Assembly (NCBI GenBank): GCA_000175855.1
Contig: ACYB01000035.1
Coordinates: 30,001-62,000 of the forward strand
Source: Raphidiopsis brookii D9
GTDB lineage: Bacteria; Cyanobacteriota; Cyanobacteriia; Cyanobacteriales; Nostocaceae
DNA length: 32,000 nucleotides
Direction of reading: 5' to 3'
Part shown: positions 28,407 to 32,000 of the stretch, in pieces
How the letters are laid out: each line of letters opens with the position of its first letter
How positions within the stretch are numbered: the first letter of the stretch is position 1
Made by a program: the position numbers and the translations under genes
Notes under the pieces: model-generated
Databases searched by the model: none
What the model saw: the letters and a program-made list of their open reading frames with translations, nothing else
What the model was told of the DNA's origin: nothing

Positions 28407-29282
28407 ATGACCTTATCCACACCCACAGATGTGAGCAACTCCAACAGACCAGGTTTTGCCAGAGGATTGTTAAATAGCGCGACTCGTTTATCTTGGACAT
28501 GGCGAATTACTATTTTTTACTTGTTGGTCATGTTATTTCTACCCGTTTTGGCTATGTTTCTCAAAGCTGGTACAGAACCACCAACAAAGTTTTGGCAAAT
28601 TGCTACTAGTGAAATAGCTTTAGCCACTTATAATGTGACTTTTATTACTTCCCTTTTAGCGGCAGCGGTTAATGGGGTGTTTGGAACCCTGGTGGCCTGG
28701 GTTTTGGTCAGGTACGATTTTCCCTTAAAACGAATTGTGGATGCTACCGTAGATTTACCATTTGCCTTACCCACTTCAGTAGCTGGTTTAACCTTAGCGA
28801 CTGTTTACAGTGATAATGGTTGGTTAGGGTCTTTATTAGCACCTTGGGGAATTAAAGTTTCTTTTACTCGGTTAGGTGTAGGTATAGCAATGGTATTTAT
28901 ATCCTTGCCTTTTGTAGTGCGAACCGTACAACCTGTATTACAAGAAATGGAAAAGGATGTGGAAGAAGCTGCGTGGAGTTTGGGCGCTTCCCCATGGCAG
29001 ACATTTATGAAAGTGATTTTGCCACCCCTATTACCGACAATTTTAACCGGAGTGGCTTTGGGTTTTTCCCGTGCTGTGGGTGAATATGGCTCCACAGTGA
29101 TTATTTCTTCTAACACCCCATTTCAAGACTTAATTGCACCAGTATTGATTTTCCAAAGATTGGAACAATACGATTATTCGGGTGCAACAGTAATAGGGGT
29201 GGTTTTACTGCTGATTTCCCTGGTTTTATTGGTTGGAATTAATTTATTACAGGCTTGGGCAAGAAGATATGACAACAAATAA
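28407..29282 (+). CDS. cysT: Sulfate ABC transporter permease CysT (CysU)
   Basis: Binding-protein-dependent permease with [44 protein letters not shown] (EAA loop). Confidence 0.93.
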   Translation: MTLSTPTDVSNSNRPGFARGLLNSATRLSWTWRITIFYLLVMLFLPVLAMFLKAGTEPPTKFWQIATSEIALATYNVTFITSLLAAAVNGVFGTLVAWVLVRYDFPLKRIVDATVDLPFALPTSVAGLTLATVYSDNGWLGSLLAPWGIKVSFTRLGVGIAMVFISLPFVVRTVQPVLQEMEKDVEEAAWSLGASPWQTFMKVILPPLLPTILTGVALGFSRAVGEYGSTVIISSNTPFQDLIAPVLIFQRLEQYDYSGATVIGVVLLLISLVLLVGINLLQAWARRYDNK

Positions 29283-30126
29283 ATCACGACAAAAATCACA
29301 ATATCAAAAACAGCAAAATTGGGTACCATCTGTTTTAATTGCCATAGCAGTTGGTTATTTATTTCTGGTACAGTACATTCCAGCTCTTAATGTTTTTGTT
29401 CAAGCCTTTATTAAAGGTGTTGAACCTTTCTGGAATAACTTAACCAAAACAGACTTTCTTCATGCGGCCTGGTTAACTCTCTTGTTAGCAGTAATTGCCG
29501 TACCTATTAACGCTGTATTTGGTTTGTGTGCAGCCTGGGCGATCGCACGGCATAAATTTCCTGGACGTGCAATAGTTTTAAGTATTATTGACCTTCCCTT
29601 TTCCATTTCCCCCGTGGTAGCAGGTCTAATGATTGTTCTGCTATACGGGAGACAGGGATGGTTTGGAGGTTGGTTGCAATCCCATGATATTCAAATTATC
29701 TTTGCCTTTCCTGGGATGGTCCTAGCGACTTGTTTTGTTAGTATGCCATTTGTTGCTAGAGAAGTGATTCCAGTATTGGAGGAGTTTGGTAAAGATCAGG
29801 AAGAAGCAGCAAAAACCCTGGGAGCTAGTGAGTGGCAAACATTTTGGCGTGTTACACTGCCCAGTATTCGTTGGGGTTTACTTTATGGTTTAATCTTAAC
29901 TAATGCCAGGTCCATGGGGGAATTTGGGGCGGTTTCTGTAGTATCTGGAAACATAGCTAATACCACCCAAAGTCTACCTTTGTTTGTAGAAGATGCTTAT
30001 AAACAATATGAAACAGAAGCAGCTTTTTCTGCAGCAGTTTTGTTAGCACTTTTGGCAGTGGTCACCCTGGTGTTAAAAGAGATTTTAGAGCGCAAAACTC
30101 GTATTAAGGATGATGGAGAAAACTAA
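29269..30126 (+). CDS. cysW: Sulfate ABC transporter permease CysW
   Basis: [23 protein letters not shown]... with [50 protein letters not shown]; ATG at 29269 overlaps the cysT end by 14 nt. Confidence 0.93.
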   Translation: MTTNKSRQKSQYQKQQNWVPSVLIAIAVGYLFLVQYIPALNVFVQAFIKGVEPFWNNLTKTDFLHAAWLTLLLAVIAVPINAVFGLCAAWAIARHKFPGRAIVLSIIDLPFSISPVVAGLMIVLLYGRQGWFGGWLQSHDIQIIFAFPGMVLATCFVSMPFVAREVIPVLEEFGKDQEEAAKTLGASEWQTFWRVTLPSIRWGLLYGLILTNARSMGEFGAVSVVSGNIANTTQSLPLFVEDAYKQYETEAAFSAAVLLALLAVVTLVLKEILERKTRIKDDGEN

Positions 30127-30210
30127 TTGTGGGATAGGCGTTCTTTCCCACCTTCACCTGGTTGACGGTTATAATTGACCAAATAACAGCAAATATATAG
30201 GCATGAAACC

Positions 30211-32000
30211 GTGACCGAAACTGGAAAATACAAGGATACCGTTAATCTCCCCCAAACTGATTTTGATATGCGGGCAAATGCAATAAAACGCGAGCCGGAA
30301 ATTCAAACATTTTGGGCGGAAAATAACATTTACTCGCGCCTGTCTCAAGAAAACCCGGGTGAACTATTTATACTTCATGATGGACCTCCCTATGCCAATG
30401 GCTCATTGCATATTGGTCACGCTTTAAACAAAATTCTCAAAGATATTATTAACCGTTACCAATTACTGCAAGGTCGTAAAGTTAGATACGTGGCTGGGTG
30501 GGATTGTCACGGACTACCAATTGAATTGAAAGTCCTGCAAGCTATGAAGTCCCCAGAACGGCAAAATCTTACTCCCCTACAGTTACGTCAAAAAGCAAAA
30601 GATTTTGCTCTAGCAGCAGTTAGGGAACAACTAAGTAGTTTTAAACGTTATGGGATATGGAGTGATTGGGAGCATCCCTATTTAACTCTACAGCCAGAGT
30701 ATGAGGCTGCCCAAATTGGTGTATTTGGCAGAATGTACTTAAAAGGATATATCTACCGAGGTCTTAAGCCTGTACATTGGAGTCCTAGTTCTAAAACCGC
30801 TTTGGCAGAAGCTGAATTAGAATATCCAGAAGGACACGTTTCTAGGAGTATTTACACTGTCTTTCCAGTAATTAAGGTTTCGGAAAAGCTGAAGTCAGTT
30901 TTGGCACCTTTTATGCCCGATTTGGCACTGGCTGTGTGGACAACTACTCCCTGGACCATACCTGGCAATTTAGCTATCGCAGTCAATGGGTCATTAAATT
31001 ATGCGGTGGTGGAGGTTTTACCTAATGAAAATTCCCTTTTCCACCACAAATATCTGATTGTGTCCACTGATTTAGTTCCCCGGTTGACCACCATTCTCAA
31101 TGTGGATTTGAGAGTGCAGGCAAGTTTTTCTGGTGAGGATTTAGAACATACTATCTACCGTCATCCCCTATTTGACCGGGAAAGTCCTGTGCTTATTGGT
31201 GGTGATTATATTACTACTGATTCCGGTACGGGTCTGGTACATACAGCTCCCGGTCATGGTCAAGAAGATTACATTGTCGGACAGCGTTATGGCTTACCAA
31301 TCCTCGCTCCTGTAGATGAAAATGGTAATTTTACTCAGGATGCTGGTAAATTTGCCGGTTTGAATGTTCTAGGGGAAGGTAACCAAGCAATTATTGATGC
31401 TCTTGCACAAGCAGGTTCTTTACTAAAAGAAGAGGCTTATCAACATAAATATCCCTATGACTGGCGTACTAATAAACCAACCATCTTCCGAGCTACAGAA
31501 CAGTGGTTTGCTTCAGTTCATGGCTTTAGAGAGGATGCTTTAAAAGCGATCGCCTCAGTCAGGTGGATTCCTCCCCAAGGAGAAAACCGCATTACCCCCA
31601 TGGTAGCGGAGCGATCAGATTGGTGTATTTCTCGTCAACGAGCTTGGGGTCTTCCTATTCCCGTATTCTACGACCAAGAAACGGGGGAGGTGTTGCTAAA
31701 TGAGGACACCATTAATCACGTTCAAGCTATCATTGCCCAGCGAGGTTCTGATGCTTGGTGGGAACTAGAAATTGCAGAACTCTTACCAGAACCATACCGT
31801 AGTAATGGGCATCAATATCGTCGAGGTATGGATACTATGGATGTGTGGTTTGATTCTGGTTCTTCCTGGGCAGCTGTAGCTAATCAGCGACAAGAACTAA
31901 CTTATCCCGTTGATATGTATTTGGAAGGTTCAGATCAACACCGAGGCTGGTTCCAGTCTTCCCTATTAACCAGCGTAGCAGTAAATGGCATTGCTCCCTA
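30211..32000 (+). CDS. ileS: Isoleucyl-tRNA synthetase, N-terminal part (3' truncated by window edge)
   Basis: Read by hand from GTG 30211: VTETGKYKDTVNLPQTDFDMRANAIKREPEIQTFWAENNIYSRLSQENPGELFILHDGPPYANGSLHIGHALNKILKDIINRYQLLQGRKVRYVAGWDCHGLPIELKVLQ; open to the window end. Missing from the supplied ORF track because it lacks a stop. Confidence 0.95.
   Translation, partial: MTETGKYKDTVNLPQTDFDMRANAIKREPEIQTFWAENNIYSRLSQENPGELFILHDGPPYANGSLHIGHALNKILKDIINRYQLLQGRKVRYVAGWDCHGLPIELKVLQAMKSPERQNLTPLQLRQKAKDFALAAVREQLSSFKRYGIWSDWEHPYLTLQPEYEAAQIGVFGRMYLKGYIYRGLKPVHWSPSSKTALAEAELEYPEGHVSRSIYTVFPVIKVSEKLKSVLAPFMPDLALAVWTTTPWTIPGNLAIAVNGSLNYAVVEVLPNENSLFHHKYLIVSTDLVPRLTTILNVDLRVQASFSGEDLEHTIYRHPLFDRESPVLIGGDYITTDSGTGLVHTAPGHGQEDYIVGQRYGLPILAPVDENGNFTQDAGKFAGLNVLGEGNQAIIDALAQAGSLLKEEAYQHKYPYDWRTNKPTIFRATEQWFASVHGFREDALKAIASVRWIPPQGENRITPMVAERSDWCISRQRAWGLPIPVFYDQETGEVLLNEDTINHVQAIIAQRGSDAWWELEIAELLPEPYRSNGHQYRRGMDTMDVWFDSGSSWAAVANQRQELTYPVDMYLEGSDQHRGWFQSSLLTSVAVNGIAP

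Noticed and set aside
30129-30151. GTGGGA...TCCCAC hairpin between cysW and ileS
   Set aside because: Only 6 bp with an 11-nt loop and no U-tract; too weak to call a terminator.
1-32000. CRISPR array, transposase, integrase, toxin-antitoxin, retron or defence island
   Set aside because: No regularly spaced repeats, no such protein families among the ORFs, and all major ORFs are conserved housekeeping or transport genes. The CPBP protease is sometimes called 'Abi' but there is no phage-defence context here.
1-32000. tRNA or rRNA genes
   Set aside because: No cloverleaf-like GGTTCGAATCC-type segment or rRNA motif was recognised by eye in the intergenic regions; tRNAscan-SE would be needed to be certain.

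Overview
The window is a chromosomal segment from a filamentous (Nostocales-like) cyanobacterium. It is dense with core or conserved genes and carries many HIP1 palindromes (GCGATCGC). In order it holds: holA 3' end; a DUF4168-like secreted protein; clpS plus a CPBP protease; a NucA-type nuclease; a pentapeptide / DICT-domain / radical SAM gene cluster; DUF4079 and DUF1830 proteins; a membrane protein with an ABC ATPase; an OmpR-type response regulator; a conserved small protein (DUF6761-like); a GT39-like glycosyltransferase; the panC/cmk fusion; an RlpA-like protein; an SLH-GHL10 glycoside hydrolase; tlyA; a frameshifted DUF29 gene; a class I lysyl-tRNA synthetase; dacB/PBP4; trxA; guaB3; divergent paralogous sulfate-binding protein genes with cysT and cysW; and the 5' part of ileS. 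I see no mobile element, CRISPR array or defence island, and I do not claim a new multi-gene system. The best non-coding find is a probable Yfr1 small RNA between guaB3 and trxA (minus strand), supported by the ACTCCTCACAC motif, two flanking hairpins and a -10-like box. Other points to check are a class I LysRS in a cyanobacterium, single-nucleotide frame disruptions in three genes (one is an A8 tract at the rlpA-like start), a 10-mer shared upstream of both sbpA paralogs, and a closely packed radical SAM - DICT - pentapeptide cluster.
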